DNA from: Bacillota bacterium
Lineage (GTDB): Bacteria > Bacillota > Sulfobacillia > Sulfobacillales > JAIMBI01
DNA: 64,000 bases
Direction of reading: 5' to 3'
Assembly: GCA_021846505.1 (NCBI GenBank)
Contig: JAJZWV010000006.1
Location: 14,448-78,447 of the forward strand
Part shown: positions 35,224-45,684 of the stretch, in pieces
Position numbering within the stretch: the first letter of the stretch is position 1
Layout of the letters: every line of letters starts with the position of its first letter
Program-made: the position numbers and the translations under genes
The notes under the pieces: model-generated
Database searches by the model: none
Told to the model about the DNA's origin: nothing
What the model saw: the letters and a program-made list of their open reading frames with translations, nothing else

Positions 35224-37857
35224 CTACCGGCCCAGGGCCGCCTGGGCTGCGGCCAGGCGCGCAATCGGCACGCGGTAGGGGCTGCAGCTCACGTAGTCCA
35301 GCCCTACCTGGTGGCAGAAGCGAATCGAGGACGCATCCCCGCCATGCTCGCCGCAGATGCCGACCCGCAGATCCGGGCGCGCGGCTTTCCCGGCCTCCAC
35401 ACCGATCCGCACCAGCTGCCCCACGCCCTCCTGATCCAGCACCACAAACGGATTCTCGGGCAAAATCTTGTCGGCCAGATAAGCCGGCAGGAACTTGGAC
35501 TCCGCGTCATCGCGGCTGTACCCAAACGTCGTCTGCGTAAGGTCATTGGTGCCAAACGAGAAAAACTGCGCCGTTTTCGCAATCTCCCCCGCCGTCAGCG
35601 CCGCGCGCGGCACCTCGATCATCGTGCCCACCTGGTAGGGCAGCGCTCCTCCGTGGCGGCGCTCCTCCTCGGTGTGCACGTCGGCCACCAGCTCTGCCAT
35701 GCGCTCCAACTCCGGCGCCACGCCCACCAAAGGAATCATGATTTCCACGTGCGGGTGGAGTCCGGCGGCCAGAAGGCGCGCCTCCGCGCGGAAAATCGCG
35801 CGCACCTGCATCGCGTAAATCTCGGGATACACAATGCCGAGCCGCACGCCGCGAAAGCCCAGCATCGGGTTGAACTCAAACAGCTGGCGCGCGCGGCTTA
35901 AGACGCGCGCCAGCCGCTCGGCGGCCGCATCGTCGCCCGCAGCTCGGCTTTGCTCCAACGCGGCGGCCACCTCGGCCTCATCGGGCAGAAACTCATGCAG
36001 GGGCGGGTCCAGCAGACGGATGGTGACGGGATGGCCGTCCATCGCCTGCAAAATCCCGTAGAAATCCTCCTCCTGCATGGGCAGCAGGCGCTCGAGCGCC
36101 TGCGCCCGCTCGCGCTCAGACTCCGCGAGGATCATTTCCTGAACCACCGGCAGCCGATTCTGCCCCATAAACATGTGCTCCGTGCGGCAGAGCCCGATGC
36201 CCTCCGCGCCGAAGTCCCGCGCACGCTGGGCGTCCTCGGGCGTGTCGGCGTTGGCTTCCACACCCAGGCGGCGCATCGCGTCCGCCCAGCCCAGCAGCGT
36301 CTCAAACTCCGCGAACAGCGTGGGTGCCACGGTGTCCACCGGCCCCAAAATCACGCGGCCGGTAGCGCCGTCAATCGTGATGACATCGCCCGCAGCCACC
36401 CGCACCTCCCCCACCGTGAACGACTGGTCGGCCAGATTGATGCGGAGCGCCTCACAGCCCGTCACCGCCGGCTTGCCCATCCCGCGCGCCACGATCGCGG
36501 CGTGGGACGTCATGCCGCCGCGGCTGGTGAGGACACCCTGCGCGGCCACCATGCCGTGGATGTCATCGGGGGTCGTTTCGGGCCGGACCAGAATGACTGC
36601 GTCGCCCCGGCTGCCGCGGCGCTCCGCCTCGTCTGCATCAAACACCACCTCGCCGGCCGCGGCGCCGGGCGATGCCGGCAGACCCTTGGCAAGTTCATGC
36701 AGATTCGCGTGGGGGTCAATTTGGCGGTACAGCAGCTGGGCAACCTGCGCCGGGTCCTGCCGCGCAATTGCGTCTTCCTTGGACACCACCCCTTCCTGGG
36801 CCAAGTCCACCGCGATTTTGACGGCTGCCCGGGCGGTTCGCTTGCCCGTCCGAGTTTGCAGCAGGTACAGCCGCTCGCGCTCGATGGTGAACTCGATGTC
36901 CTGCATGTCGCGGTAGTGGCGCTCCAGCAGCGCACACACCTCTTCCAGCTGCCGGTGCGCCGCCGGCAGCACCTCCGCGAGCTCCCCAATCGGCCGTGGG
37001 GTCCGAATGCCGGCCACCACGTCTTCTCCCTGAGCATTGGTCAGAAACTCCCCGTACATGCCGGGCTCGCCGGTGTTGGGATTGCGCGTGAACAGCACAC
37101 CCGTGCCGGAGGTGTCGCCCAGGTTGCCAAACGCCATGGCCTGGACGTTGACGGCGGTGCCCAGCTGGTCGCTAATTTTGTTGAGGCGCCGGTACACTTG
37201 CGCGCGCGGGTTGTTCCAGGAGTCAAACACCGCCTCGATCGCCATTTGCAGCTGCTGACGGGGATCGGTGGGAAACGGGTGGCCGGTCCGCTCCTCCACC
37301 AGCCTTAAGTAGCGCTGAATCACCTGCTGCAGCGCCTCCGGCGACAGCTGGGGGTCCTCTGTGACCCCGGCCGCTTCTTTAACCGCTGCCAGCTCTTCTT
37401 CAAACCGCGCGTGATCCATGTGCATGACAACGTTTCCAAACATCTGAATGAAGCGCCGATAGCTGTCCAGGGCAAAGCGCTGGCTTTCGGCCTCCCGGCC
37501 CAGTCCCTCGGCGGTTTCGGCGTTGAGTCCGAGGTTCAGCACCGTGTCCATCATGCCCGGCATGGAAATGGGGGCACCTGAGCGCACCGACACCAACAGC
37601 GGCGCCTCAGGGTCGCCCAGCCGGCGCCCTGCCTTTTGCTCCAGCTGGGCCAGATGCGCCCACACGGCATCCATGAGCCCGTCCGGCAGCCGCTTTTGGT
37701 CTTGGAACGCTAGGCACGCCTCCGTCGTGATGGTAAATCCCGGGGGAACCGGCAGTCCGATGCGGCTCATCTCCGCCAGTCCGGCCCCCTTCCCGCCCAG
37801 CCGGGCCCGGTCATTGGCTGAACCTTCTTCGAATGCGGCCACCCACGGCATACTCAT
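35224..37857 (-). CDS. ppdK: Pyruvate, phosphate dikinase
   Basis: LGGKGAGL, SMPGMMDTVLNLG, GGMTSHAA (phospho-His), GLCRTEHMF and GICGEHGG motifs. Confidence 0.98.
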   Translation of the reverse strand: MSMPWVAAFEEGSANDRARLGGKGAGLAEMSRIGLPVPPGFTITTEACLAFQDQKRLPDGLMDAVWAHLAQLEQKAGRRLGDPEAPLLVSVRSGAPISMPGMMDTVLNLGLNAETAEGLGREAESQRFALDSYRRFIQMFGNVVMHMDHARFEEELAAVKEAAGVTEDPQLSPEALQQVIQRYLRLVEERTGHPFPTDPRQQLQMAIEAVFDSWNNPRAQVYRRLNKISDQLGTAVNVQAMAFGNLGDTSGTGVLFTRNPNTGEPGMYGEFLTNAQGEDVVAGIRTPRPIGELAEVLPAAHRQLEEVCALLERHYRDMQDIEFTIERERLYLLQTRTGKRTARAAVKIAVDLAQEGVVSKEDAIARQDPAQVAQLLYRQIDPHANLHELAKGLPASPGAAAGEVVFDADEAERRGSRGDAVILVRPETTPDDIHGMVAAQGVLTSRGGMTSHAAIVARGMGKPAVTGCEALRINLADQSFTVGEVRVAAGDVITIDGATGRVILGPVDTVAPTLFAEFETLLGWADAMRRLGVEANADTPEDAQRARDFGAEGIGLCRTEHMFMGQNRLPVVQEMILAESERERAQALERLLPMQEEDFYGILQAMDGHPVTIRLLDPPLHEFLPDEAEVAAALEQSRAAGDDAAAERLARVLSRARQLFEFNPMLGFRGVRLGIVYPEIYAMQVRAIFRAEARLLAAGLHPHVEIMIPLVGVAPELERMAELVADVHTEEERRHGGALPYQVGTMIEVPRAALTAGEIAKTAQFFSFGTNDLTQTTFGYSRDDAESKFLPAYLADKILPENPFVVLDQEGVGQLVRIGVEAGKAARPDLRVGICGEHGGDASSIRFCHQVGLDYVSCSPYRVPIARLAAAQAALGR

Positions 37858-38672
37858 AAAACCGCCTCCCCTTGAAATAACTCCAGGATTTTGCTGGCCG
37901 TCTCTTCCACGGCATGGTTGCTCACGTCAATGACGGGGCACCCGACGTCTTGAAACACCTGCCACGCATAGTCCAGTTCCTCCAGGATCCGATCCCGCGT
38001 CGCGTACGGCGCACTGGACGACAAGCCCAGCGTGCGCAGCCGCTGCCGGCGAATGGGCATCAGGAGATCGGGGTCGATCACCAGGCCGACGCACTTGCGC
38101 TTGGCTGGGCCCATCACCTCACGGGGCGGGGGCACCTCGGGCACCAGCGGGATGTTCGCCACCTTCAGCCGGTGGTTGGCCAGGTACAGGCTCACAGGCG
38201 TTTTCGACGTGCGCGACACCCCCAGCAGGACAATGTCCGCAAGCGGCACGCCGCCGGGGTCCTTCCCATCGTCGTACTTCACCGCAAACTCGATGGCTTC
38301 CACCCGCGCAAAGTAGTCCCGGTCCAGCCGGTGCACCAGCCCCGGCACCCCTTGGGGCTCTCGGCCCAGCAGCAGGTGCAGCGCGTCCAGCACCGGGCCC
38401 AAGAGGTCCACATGCGGAACACCCAGTTCCCCCGCGATGCGCGCCAGATAGGCGCGCAGCTCGGGGCGCACCAAGGTGAACACCATCAGCGCGGGCGACC
38501 GCTGCGCCGCGGCATCCACGGCATGGCGAATGGCCGCCTCATCGGTTACATGCGGGACGCGCACCACCTCCAGCGCGCCCCCGCCGCCGTTGAACTGGAT
38601 GGCCGCGCCGCGCACCACCAGCTCGGCGGTTTCGCCCAGCGAGTCCGATACCACGTAAATGGTGAGCGCCAC
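37854..38672 (-). CDS. ppsR: PPDK regulatory kinase/pyrophosphorylase (YqfL/PpsR)
   Basis: VSDSLGETAE, AIEFAVKYDDGKD and GVSRTSKTP motifs. Confidence 0.93.
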   Translation of the reverse strand: MALTIYVVSDSLGETAELVVRGAAIQFNGGGGALEVVRVPHVTDEAAIRHAVDAAAQRSPALMVFTLVRPELRAYLARIAGELGVPHVDLLGPVLDALHLLLGREPQGVPGLVHRLDRDYFARVEAIEFAVKYDDGKDPGGVPLADIVLLGVSRTSKTPVSLYLANHRLKVANIPLVPEVPPPREVMGPAKRKCVGLVIDPDLLMPIRRQRLRTLGLSSSAPYATRDRILEELDYAWQVFQDVGCPVIDVSNHAVEETASKILELFQGEAVL

Positions 38673-40744
38673 TAGCCTCCTCCTCCTGCTCTGCCTCCTG
38701 CTGTATCTGGCGGCGCCGGCACCGAGGTGACACGCGACCATTCCAGCGGCCGCGAGAGCCAGGCGCTGACCGCCGCCACCAGCCCGAGCCGCCGCTGGCG
38801 AATCACGGGGTCGGGATCCATCACCATCACCTCGTCGAACAGCCGCGCCACTGGCTCGGCCAGGGAGGCCGCCGCCTGGGGCCACTCGGCCCAGCCGCCG
38901 GGCGCCACGGAGCCTTCCACCACGGCCAGCACCCGCGCCAGCTCCGCGGCGGCGGGCTCCGGGTGCGAAGCGCCCCCGAGGGGCGCTGGCGCCACGCCTT
39001 GGGACAGCCGGCCGACCCGCTTCGCCACCGTGGCCACCGGCCCCCAGGTGGGCGTCTCCATCAGCTGGGCGATCATCTGGACGCGGCTCGCGAGCGACGT
39101 CCAGTCCGCCGGCGCCGCGAGCACCGCATCCAGCACATCGGCGGGCAGCCGATCGCCCAGCCACGTGCGCAGCCGACTTTCCACCAGCGCCAGCATCGCC
39201 CCGACGGCCGGGGGATCGGCCGCGGCACCCACCCGGAGGAGCGCATCGGCCCCGAGGGCGCGCTGGTCCACCGGCCCGAGCCCCCCCTCCACCAAGAGCC
39301 GCCCCACGGCCAGCGCGGCGCGCCGAAGCCCAAACGGGTCGGTGGAGCCGGTCACGGTGACGCCCAGGGCCGCGCCGCTGGCCAAGTCGTCCAAGTGATC
39401 CAGCAGAGAGAGCGCGCGGCCCACCCGCGTCGCGGGCAGCGGGTCGGCGGCCGTGCGCGGCAGGTACTGGTCGCCAATGGCGCGGGCGACTGGCGGCGGC
39501 TCTCCCGCCTGTAGGGCATAGACCCCGCCCATGACGCCTTCCAGCTCGGGAAATTCGCCCACCACCTGGGTCACCAAATCCAGCTTGGCCAGCGTGGCCG
39601 CCCGAGCCAGGCAAGCCTGCTCGTCGCCATCCAGCCCGAGCCGCGGCCCCCACACCGCCGCAGCCGCCGCCAGCCGGCCGGCCTTGTCGTCATAGCTGCC
39701 GAGCCCCTCGCGGTAGGTCATGCGGGCCAGGCGCTTCCGGCGCTCGGCGTCGCTGGTGTGCCGGTCCTTGTCGTAAAAAAACGCCGCATCGGCCAGGCGC
39801 GCCCTCAGGACCCGCTCATTGCCGGCGACCACCTGGTCCAGCGCGTCGCCCACCCCGTTGCGCGCGCCAATAAAGTACGGCAGCAGCTGGTCGCCCGCCG
39901 TCACCGGCAGATACCGCTGGTGGTGCACCATGGCGGTGGTGAGAATCGGGGCCGGCACCGCCAGAAATTCCGAGTCAAACCGGCCGCGAAACACGGTGGG
40001 CCACTCCACCAAGTCCGCCACCTCGTCCACCACCTCCGGCTGGTCCGCCTCGCCCCCCACGGCCTCGGCCAGCTGGGCCGCCTGCTCCCGCACCACCTGC
40101 CGCCGCTCGGCACTGGACAGCATCACGCCCCAGTCCCGCAGCTGGTGCTCGTAGGTGGCCGCATCCGCCAGCGCGACTCCGGCCGGATGGTCGGTCCGGT
40201 TCCCGTAAGTGGTGCGGCCCGCCTTAAGCCCAAAGGCCGCTACCGGCAGCACCTCCTGGTCCAAAAGCGCCAAGAGCCACCGCACCGGCCGGACAAACCG
40301 CACGTCATCGGCGCGCCAGCGCATCGGGTGCGGACTGTCCAAACTGCCCAGCACCTCGCTCATGAGCGCGGCCAGCACCGGTGCCGCGTCCGCCACCGGC
40401 TCGTCCACGTCCGCCACCAGGCGCCCACTCGCCGATTGGCCCAGCGCGCTGACCGCCACGCCCGCCCGCCGCGCAAATCCCTCCGCCGCTGGCGTCGGCA
40501 CCCCGTCCCGAAACGCCACCCCCAGCGGCGGGCCCTCCAGTGTCTGCCGCCGCGGGGCTTGGCGCGCAGCCACCTCGCCCCAGACGGCGAGGCGCCGTGG
40601 TGTCCCATCCACGCGAATTCCGCCGGCGGACAGCCGCACCCGTGCCAGCCCGGCTGCGGTCTTTTGACTCAAGTCGGCCGTCAGGCTGGGCAAGTATCCA
40701 CTGGGAATTTCTTCTACACCTAGTTCTACCACAAACACGGGCAT
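38672..40744 (-). CDS. glyS: Glycine--tRNA ligase beta subunit
   Basis: ELGVEEIP, TPRRL, FVRPVRW, LVEWP, ARLADAAFF, EFPELEG and GSTDPFGLRR motifs. Confidence 0.96.
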   Translation of the reverse strand: MPVFVVELGVEEIPSGYLPSLTADLSQKTAAGLARVRLSAGGIRVDGTPRRLAVWGEVAARQAPRRQTLEGPPLGVAFRDGVPTPAAEGFARRAGVAVSALGQSASGRLVADVDEPVADAAPVLAALMSEVLGSLDSPHPMRWRADDVRFVRPVRWLLALLDQEVLPVAAFGLKAGRTTYGNRTDHPAGVALADAATYEHQLRDWGVMLSSAERRQVVREQAAQLAEAVGGEADQPEVVDEVADLVEWPTVFRGRFDSEFLAVPAPILTTAMVHHQRYLPVTAGDQLLPYFIGARNGVGDALDQVVAGNERVLRARLADAAFFYDKDRHTSDAERRKRLARMTYREGLGSYDDKAGRLAAAAAVWGPRLGLDGDEQACLARAATLAKLDLVTQVVGEFPELEGVMGGVYALQAGEPPPVARAIGDQYLPRTAADPLPATRVGRALSLLDHLDDLASGAALGVTVTGSTDPFGLRRAALAVGRLLVEGGLGPVDQRALGADALLRVGAAADPPAVGAMLALVESRLRTWLGDRLPADVLDAVLAAPADWTSLASRVQMIAQLMETPTWGPVATVAKRVGRLSQGVAPAPLGGASHPEPAAAELARVLAVVEGSVAPGGWAEWPQAAASLAEPVARLFDEVMVMDPDPVIRQRRLGLVAAVSAWLSRPLEWSRVTSVPAPPDTAGGRAGGGG

Positions 40745-41652
40745 TAGGGCGCCACCTCTTCCGGGGCCGCGCGCAGCGCCAGCCACTGGCGCGCCGCCAG
40801 GCGGGCCAGTGTGCGGAGCCGCCCGATATACGCCTGCCGCTCGCTGACGGAAATTGCCCTCCGCGCGTCCAGCTCGTTAAACAGATTCGAGGCCTTGAGC
40901 AAAAACTCGTAGCCCGGCATCACCAGCGCGGCCTCCAGCCAGCGGCGGGCCTGGTCCTCCGCGTCGCCAAACGCCCGCAGGAGATAATCGGGATCGGCTT
41001 CGTCCAGCACATACCGCCCATGCTCGTACTCGGGTCGCCCCCACAGATCGCGGTAGCTGACCCCCGGCGCCCACTCCAGCGACCACACATCGTCGACACC
41101 GGCCAGATAGCTGCCCAGGCGCTCCAGCCCGTAGGTGATTTCGGCCGACGGCGGGCGGCAGTCCAAGCCCGCCATTTGCTGAAAATAGGTGAACTGGGTG
41201 ATTTCCATGCCGTCCAGCCACACCTCCCATCCATTCCCCCAGGCTCCAAGGGTGGCCGCTTCCCAGTTGTCCTCCACGAAGCGGACGTCATGGCGCCGCC
41301 GGTCCAGTCCGAGGGCTTCCAGGCTGCCCAAGTACTGCTCGACCACATCGTCCGGCGTGGGCTTCAGCAGCACCTGGAACTGAAAATACCGATACAGGCG
41401 GTTGGGGTTGTCCCCATAGCGTGCGTCCACCGGGCGGCGGCAGGGCTCCACATACGCGGCGCGCCACGGCTCCGGCCCCAGCGACCGAAAAAACGTGAGG
41501 GGGTTCATGGTCCCCGCCCCTTTTTCCACGTCGTGGCCCACGCCAATCAGGCAGCCCCGCTCGGCCCAGTAGCCGGACAGGCGCTGAATCATCTCCTGCA
41601 TGGTCATGGCGCCGGGGCCGGTCCGCGCCGGCCGCTCCGATAATGGCCTCAT
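40744..41652 (-). CDS. glyQ: Glycine--tRNA ligase alpha subunit
   Basis: EKGAGTMNP, RYGDNPNRL, GWEVWLDGMEITQFTYFQQ and EITYGLER motifs. Confidence 0.97.
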   Translation of the reverse strand: MRPLSERPARTGPGAMTMQEMIQRLSGYWAERGCLIGVGHDVEKGAGTMNPLTFFRSLGPEPWRAAYVEPCRRPVDARYGDNPNRLYRYFQFQVLLKPTPDDVVEQYLGSLEALGLDRRRHDVRFVEDNWEAATLGAWGNGWEVWLDGMEITQFTYFQQMAGLDCRPPSAEITYGLERLGSYLAGVDDVWSLEWAPGVSYRDLWGRPEYEHGRYVLDEADPDYLLRAFGDAEDQARRWLEAALVMPGYEFLLKASNLFNELDARRAISVSERQAYIGRLRTLARLAARQWLALRAAPEEVAP

Positions 41653-42488
41653 GCTCTCACCCCTTTCACCCCGTCGCTCGCAGGCGCCCCCAGCGTACCG
41701 GGCCCACCGGGGGGCCTTGGCGGGCTCGCCGCCACCCCTGCCACCGCGTCCCAAAAACGAAACGCCCGCGGCACGCGACCCAGGTGGTAAATCAAAAAGT
41801 CGCGCGCCAGCTGGTCCAGGGCCGCATACACCGGCGCGCCCGCCTGCACACCTCCCAGCGCACTCGCGCCCGTGCCGGTGGCGTCCGCCGCGTCCATCCG
41901 GCTGAGCCACTGCAGCGCGCCCGGGAGCAAGGAGGCATCGCCGGCGGCGCGGCACGCCCGGTCGACGGGGCCGAAGCCGCCGCGCCAAAACCAGGGGGGA
42001 TTTCCCCACGCCGCCCCGCACTGCTGGCAGCGGCCAAACTCCGGCTTCAGCCCCGCCGCGGCCAAAAGCCGCCACAGCGCGTGCAGGAAGATGGGATGCG
42101 GGTCGCGGTCGGCCGCCAGCGCCTCCAGCGCCGCCACCAGCGCCTCGTACATGGCGGGGGCGGCGTCTAAATCCGAGGTCAATTCGTCCACCACATCCGC
42201 CAGCATGGCGGCGCGGCCGGTGCGCATCAAATCGCGCCGCACACCCGCATTGAGCGACACCAACTCGGCCTCCGTCACCGTGAACAGCGTCGACCGCCCC
42301 TGGTACAGCTCCATCCGGCTCACCGCCAGCGGCTCGGTCGCCGCGGTCAGCCGGCCGCGAGGAGAGCGAGCCCCACGCGCCACGGCCGACAGCTTGCCGC
42401 GGGCTTGCGAAAACAGCAGCAGCAGCGCATCTTGCTCCCGGTAGGCCCGCTTGCGCAGCACGACCACCGTGTCGCTGACGCGGCTCAC
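41649..42488 (-). CDS. recO: DNA repair protein RecO
   Basis: N-terminal OB fold (YREQD..GKLSAVARGAR), CQQCG; era-recO-glyQ synteny. Confidence 0.92.
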   Translation of the reverse strand: MSRVSDTVVVLRKRAYREQDALLLLFSQARGKLSAVARGARSPRGRLTAATEPLAVSRMELYQGRSTLFTVTEAELVSLNAGVRRDLMRTGRAAMLADVVDELTSDLDAAPAMYEALVAALEALAADRDPHPIFLHALWRLLAAAGLKPEFGRCQQCGAAWGNPPWFWRGGFGPVDRACRAAGDASLLPGALQWLSRMDAADATGTGASALGGVQAGAPVYAALDQLARDFLIYHLGRVPRAFRFWDAVAGVAASPPRPPGGPGTLGAPASDGVKGVRA

Positions 42489-43375
42489 CGCTTGGGCTCC
42501 TGATAGCCCAAGCGGCTGAGCCAGTCCGCCCGGTCCGTCCAGTCAGCGGCCGCCTTGACCCACAGGTCCAAAAAGACACGGTGGCCAAAGTAGTGCTCCA
42601 GCTCCGCCCGCGCCTGCGACCCGATCGTGCGCAGCATGCGGCCGCCTTCTCCCACCAGAATGCCGCGCTGGCTGTCGCGCTCCACCAGCACGGTGGCGCG
42701 AATATATGTCAGATCACCCCGCCGCCGCACTTTCTCGTCCACCTGCACGGCCACCTGGTAGGGCACCTCCTGCCGCGTCGCCTGCATCACCTGCTCTCGG
42801 ACCACTTCGCCGACATAAAAATCTTCGGCCTGATCGGTCACCATGTCATCCGGAAAAAACTGCGGCCCGGCCGGCAGGCGCGCGATCGCGGCGGCCACCA
42901 GCTCCGGCACTCCCGCCCCGGTCTGGGCCGACACCGGATAAATCGCCTGGTAGGGCGCCAGCGCCCGATAGCCCGCCACGGCGGTTCGCCAGTCCGCCAC
43001 CGCGTCCTGCTTGTTGGCCACCAGCCAGGTGGGCGCCGCGGTGCGGCGCGCCAAGTCGGCACACCACCCGTCCTCTTCGTTGGGGGCGCGGCTCAAGTCC
43101 ACCACATGGCACACCAGCTCCACGTCCGACACGGCCCTCTGGGCTGTGTGCACCATGGTGCGGCCCAGGCGCGTGCGCGGCCGGTGCATGCCCGGCGTAT
43201 CCACCAGCACCAGCTCGGCGTCGGGCGTGTGCAGGATGCCCCGAATCCCATTGCGAGTGGTTTGCGGCTTCTCCGTCACCATCGCCACTTTGCTGCCCAC
43301 CACTTCGTTCAGCAGGGTGGACTTGCCGACGTTGGGCCGGCCCACCAGGGCCACAAAGCCACTCTTATACTCCAT
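42485..43375 (-). CDS. era: GTPase Era
   Basis: GRPNVGKST, KPQTTR, DTPG, NKQD and KH domain. Confidence 0.97.
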   Translation of the reverse strand: MEYKSGFVALVGRPNVGKSTLLNEVVGSKVAMVTEKPQTTRNGIRGILHTPDAELVLVDTPGMHRPRTRLGRTMVHTAQRAVSDVELVCHVVDLSRAPNEEDGWCADLARRTAAPTWLVANKQDAVADWRTAVAGYRALAPYQAIYPVSAQTGAGVPELVAAAIARLPAGPQFFPDDMVTDQAEDFYVGEVVREQVMQATRQEVPYQVAVQVDEKVRRRGDLTYIRATVLVERDSQRGILVGEGGRMLRTIGSQARAELEHYFGHRVFLDLWVKAAADWTDRADWLSRLGYQEPKR

Positions 43376-43829
43376 GCGCGCTCCCTCCCTGCAGAAACGG
43401 ATGGGGAAGCAGTTCGCCCAGCGTGTAGCGCGCCCAAGGGCCCTCGGGACCGCCCACCAGCACCAGCATCCCCGGGTTGAACTCCGCCAGCACCTGGCGG
43501 CAGGCGCCGCAAGGCGTCGCCGGTGGCTCGCCCCGGGAGGCCACGGCGACCGCAGTCAAGCGCCGCGCCCCCGCGGCCACCGCCGCGCCTACTGCCGTGC
43601 GCTCCGCGCAGATGGCGAGCGGGTAGCTGGCATTTTCCACATTCACCCCGGCATAGAGGGAGCGCGCGCCGCCTCCGCCACCTCCTTCGGCCTCGACCGC
43701 CGCGCCAACCGGAAAGCCCGAGTATGGCGCATACGCGTGGATCATCGCGGCGCGCGCGGCCGCCATTAAGCGAGCCTCGTCCACGGCACCGCCAGCTGCT
43801 GCCCGGCTTGCGGGGATATTGGTGCTCAA
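43365..43829 (-). CDS. cdd: Cytidine deaminase
   Basis: AYAPYSGF, NVENASY, CAER and PCGACRQ motifs. Confidence 0.95.
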   Translation of the reverse strand: MSTNIPASRAAAGGAVDEARLMAAARAAMIHAYAPYSGFPVGAAVEAEGGGGGGARSLYAGVNVENASYPLAICAERTAVGAAVAAGARRLTAVAVASRGEPPATPCGACRQVLAEFNPGMLVLVGGPEGPWARYTLGELLPHPFLQGGSAHGV

Positions 43830-43833
43830 ATCC

Positions 43834-45189
43834 TCACTCCGTCTCCTGGTCGGCGTGGGCGTCCAGCGGCGAAGGCCCCTCCGTCTCCGGGGCCACCACC
43901 CGAATCCGCACTCGGTTGACGCGCCGCCCGGTCACCTGTGCGGCCGTCAGCTCGAGGCTGCCCGCGTGGACGGTTTCGCCCTGCACGGGTGCTCGTCCCA
44001 GCAAGTGTAAGATAAATCCGCCCAGGGTATCGACATCGGCATCGGTCTCCGGCACCTGAAAGCGCTCCGGCAGATCTTCGAGGGCCAATCGCCCGTCCGC
44101 CTCCATCTCGTCCGCCCCCACTTCGCGAAATGGCGGCTCGTCCGCGTCATACTCGTCCTGAATCTCACCCACAATCTCCTCCAGCAAATCTTCGATGGTG
44201 ACCAGCCCGGCTGTGCCCCCAAACTCATCCAAGACGATGGCGATGTGCGTGCGCTCCCGGCGAAAGTCCGCCAGCAGTTCGTCAATCTTCTTGCTTTCGG
44301 GCACGTAGTACGCCGGCCGCAGCAGCGACGCCACCGGGGTGTCCAGCGAGCGCTCGCGGGCGTAGGCCAAAATGTCCCGGGCATACAGCACGCCAATCAC
44401 GTCGTCAATCGACTCCCGCCACACGGGAATCCGCGAGTGCCCCGCTTGGATGACGGCTTCCCAGGCCGACGCCAGCGTGGTGTCGGCCGAAATCGTGTGC
44501 ATGTCCATCCGCGGCACCATCACCTGATGCACCGCCGTGTCCGACAGCTCAAAGATGCCCTGAATCATCTCCCGCTCCTCTTGCTCCAAGAGGCCCTCCT
44601 CCTGCCCCACATCCACCAAGTTGCGAATTTCTTCCTCGGTCAACAGCCGACGCCCGTCCGCTTGGCCTCCCAAGGCGCGAATGGCGCGGAGCCCTATCCA
44701 GCCCAGCACGTTGACCACCGGGGTAAAGACGGCGGCGGATACGGCCAGCAGGCGGTGGAGCGTCAGCGCCACGCGGTCGGGGTGGTGGGCGGCATAAGTT
44801 TTGGGGGTAATTTCAGCCACCAGCAGCACCACCACGGTCATCACCACGGTGGCCACCGTGATGCCCGCGGGCCCCAGCGCGCTGACAAATAAGGCGGTGG
44901 CGATGGCGGACGCCGCAATGTTGGTCAGATTGTTCCCCACCAGCACGGTGCCCAGCACGCGATTGGGCTCCCGCGCCATGCGCTCAATCTCGGCGCCCCC
45001 GCGAGCGCCTTCATCGGCCAGCCGGCGAGCGCCCCCACGCGACAGAGCCATCATGGCCGTCTCGGACATCGAATACAGCGCGGATAGCGCCAGCAGCAGG
45101 GCAATGAGCACCAAATCCGGCCACGGCAGGCGACTGGCCGTTTGCCCCAAGTGCGTCCACAGGTGACTTAAGTGGCTAGTGATCGCCAT
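43834..45189 (-). CDS. CNNM/hemolysin family CBS-domain membrane protein (DUF21-CBS-CorC)
   Basis: SETA, LVGNN, AEITPK, VMVPR, HSRIPV and DEFGGTAGLVTIEDLLEEIVGEI motifs. Confidence 0.92.
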   Translation of the reverse strand: MAITSHLSHLWTHLGQTASRLPWPDLVLIALLLALSALYSMSETAMMALSRGGARRLADEGARGGAEIERMAREPNRVLGTVLVGNNLTNIAASAIATALFVSALGPAGITVATVVMTVVVLLVAEITPKTYAAHHPDRVALTLHRLLAVSAAVFTPVVNVLGWIGLRAIRALGGQADGRRLLTEEEIRNLVDVGQEEGLLEQEEREMIQGIFELSDTAVHQVMVPRMDMHTISADTTLASAWEAVIQAGHSRIPVWRESIDDVIGVLYARDILAYARERSLDTPVASLLRPAYYVPESKKIDELLADFRRERTHIAIVLDEFGGTAGLVTIEDLLEEIVGEIQDEYDADEPPFREVGADEMEADGRLALEDLPERFQVPETDADVDTLGGFILHLLGRAPVQGETVHAGSLELTAAQVTGRRVNRVRIRVVAPETEGPSPLDAHADQETE

Positions 45190-45682
45190 CGGCCTCCTCG
45201 GGCGGGTGGCGGGGCCGCACGAAGGCGGCCACCGTCACTAAGGTCAGGCCGGCCGCCAGCGCGGCCAGTCCCTGAGGCGTCACGTCCGCCCACGCCGTGA
45301 TGCGAGCCGGCAGCAGCGGAAGCCGGCCCGCGAGCACCCACACCCCCACGGCCGCTGCCCCGAAGGCGGCCCACAGGACGGCCGCCGCTGCCAAATCCTT
45401 TGCCAGGCCAGCCAGGGGATGAATGTCGGGGTGCGCCAGATTGGTCACCGCCTCCACGGCCGTGTTCACAATCTCCAGGCTAATGACCAGCACCAGCATG
45501 ACAATCAGGAGCAGGAAGTGATCGGCAGAAATGTGCTCGAGGAGGCCGGCGGCCAGGGCGAAGGCACCCACCACCGTGTGCACGCGGAGATTGCGCTCGT
45601 TTTGATACGACCACCAAAGCCCATGGGCTGCATAGCCAAACGACGCCCAAAACGAGCCGACGGTATGTCGATCGTAGCCCAC
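45176..45682 (-). CDS. dgkA: Diacylglycerol/undecaprenol kinase
   Basis: SFGYA..G...ERNLRVH, EIVNTAVE and AKDLAAAAVL motifs. Confidence 0.9.
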   Translation of the reverse strand: MGYDRHTVGSFWASFGYAAHGLWWSYQNERNLRVHTVVGAFALAAGLLEHISADHFLLLIVMLVLVISLEIVNTAVEAVTNLAHPDIHPLAGLAKDLAAAAVLWAAFGAAAVGVWVLAGRLPLLPARITAWADVTPQGLAALAAGLTLVTVAAFVRPRHPPEEADGDH

Positions 45683-45684
45683 GC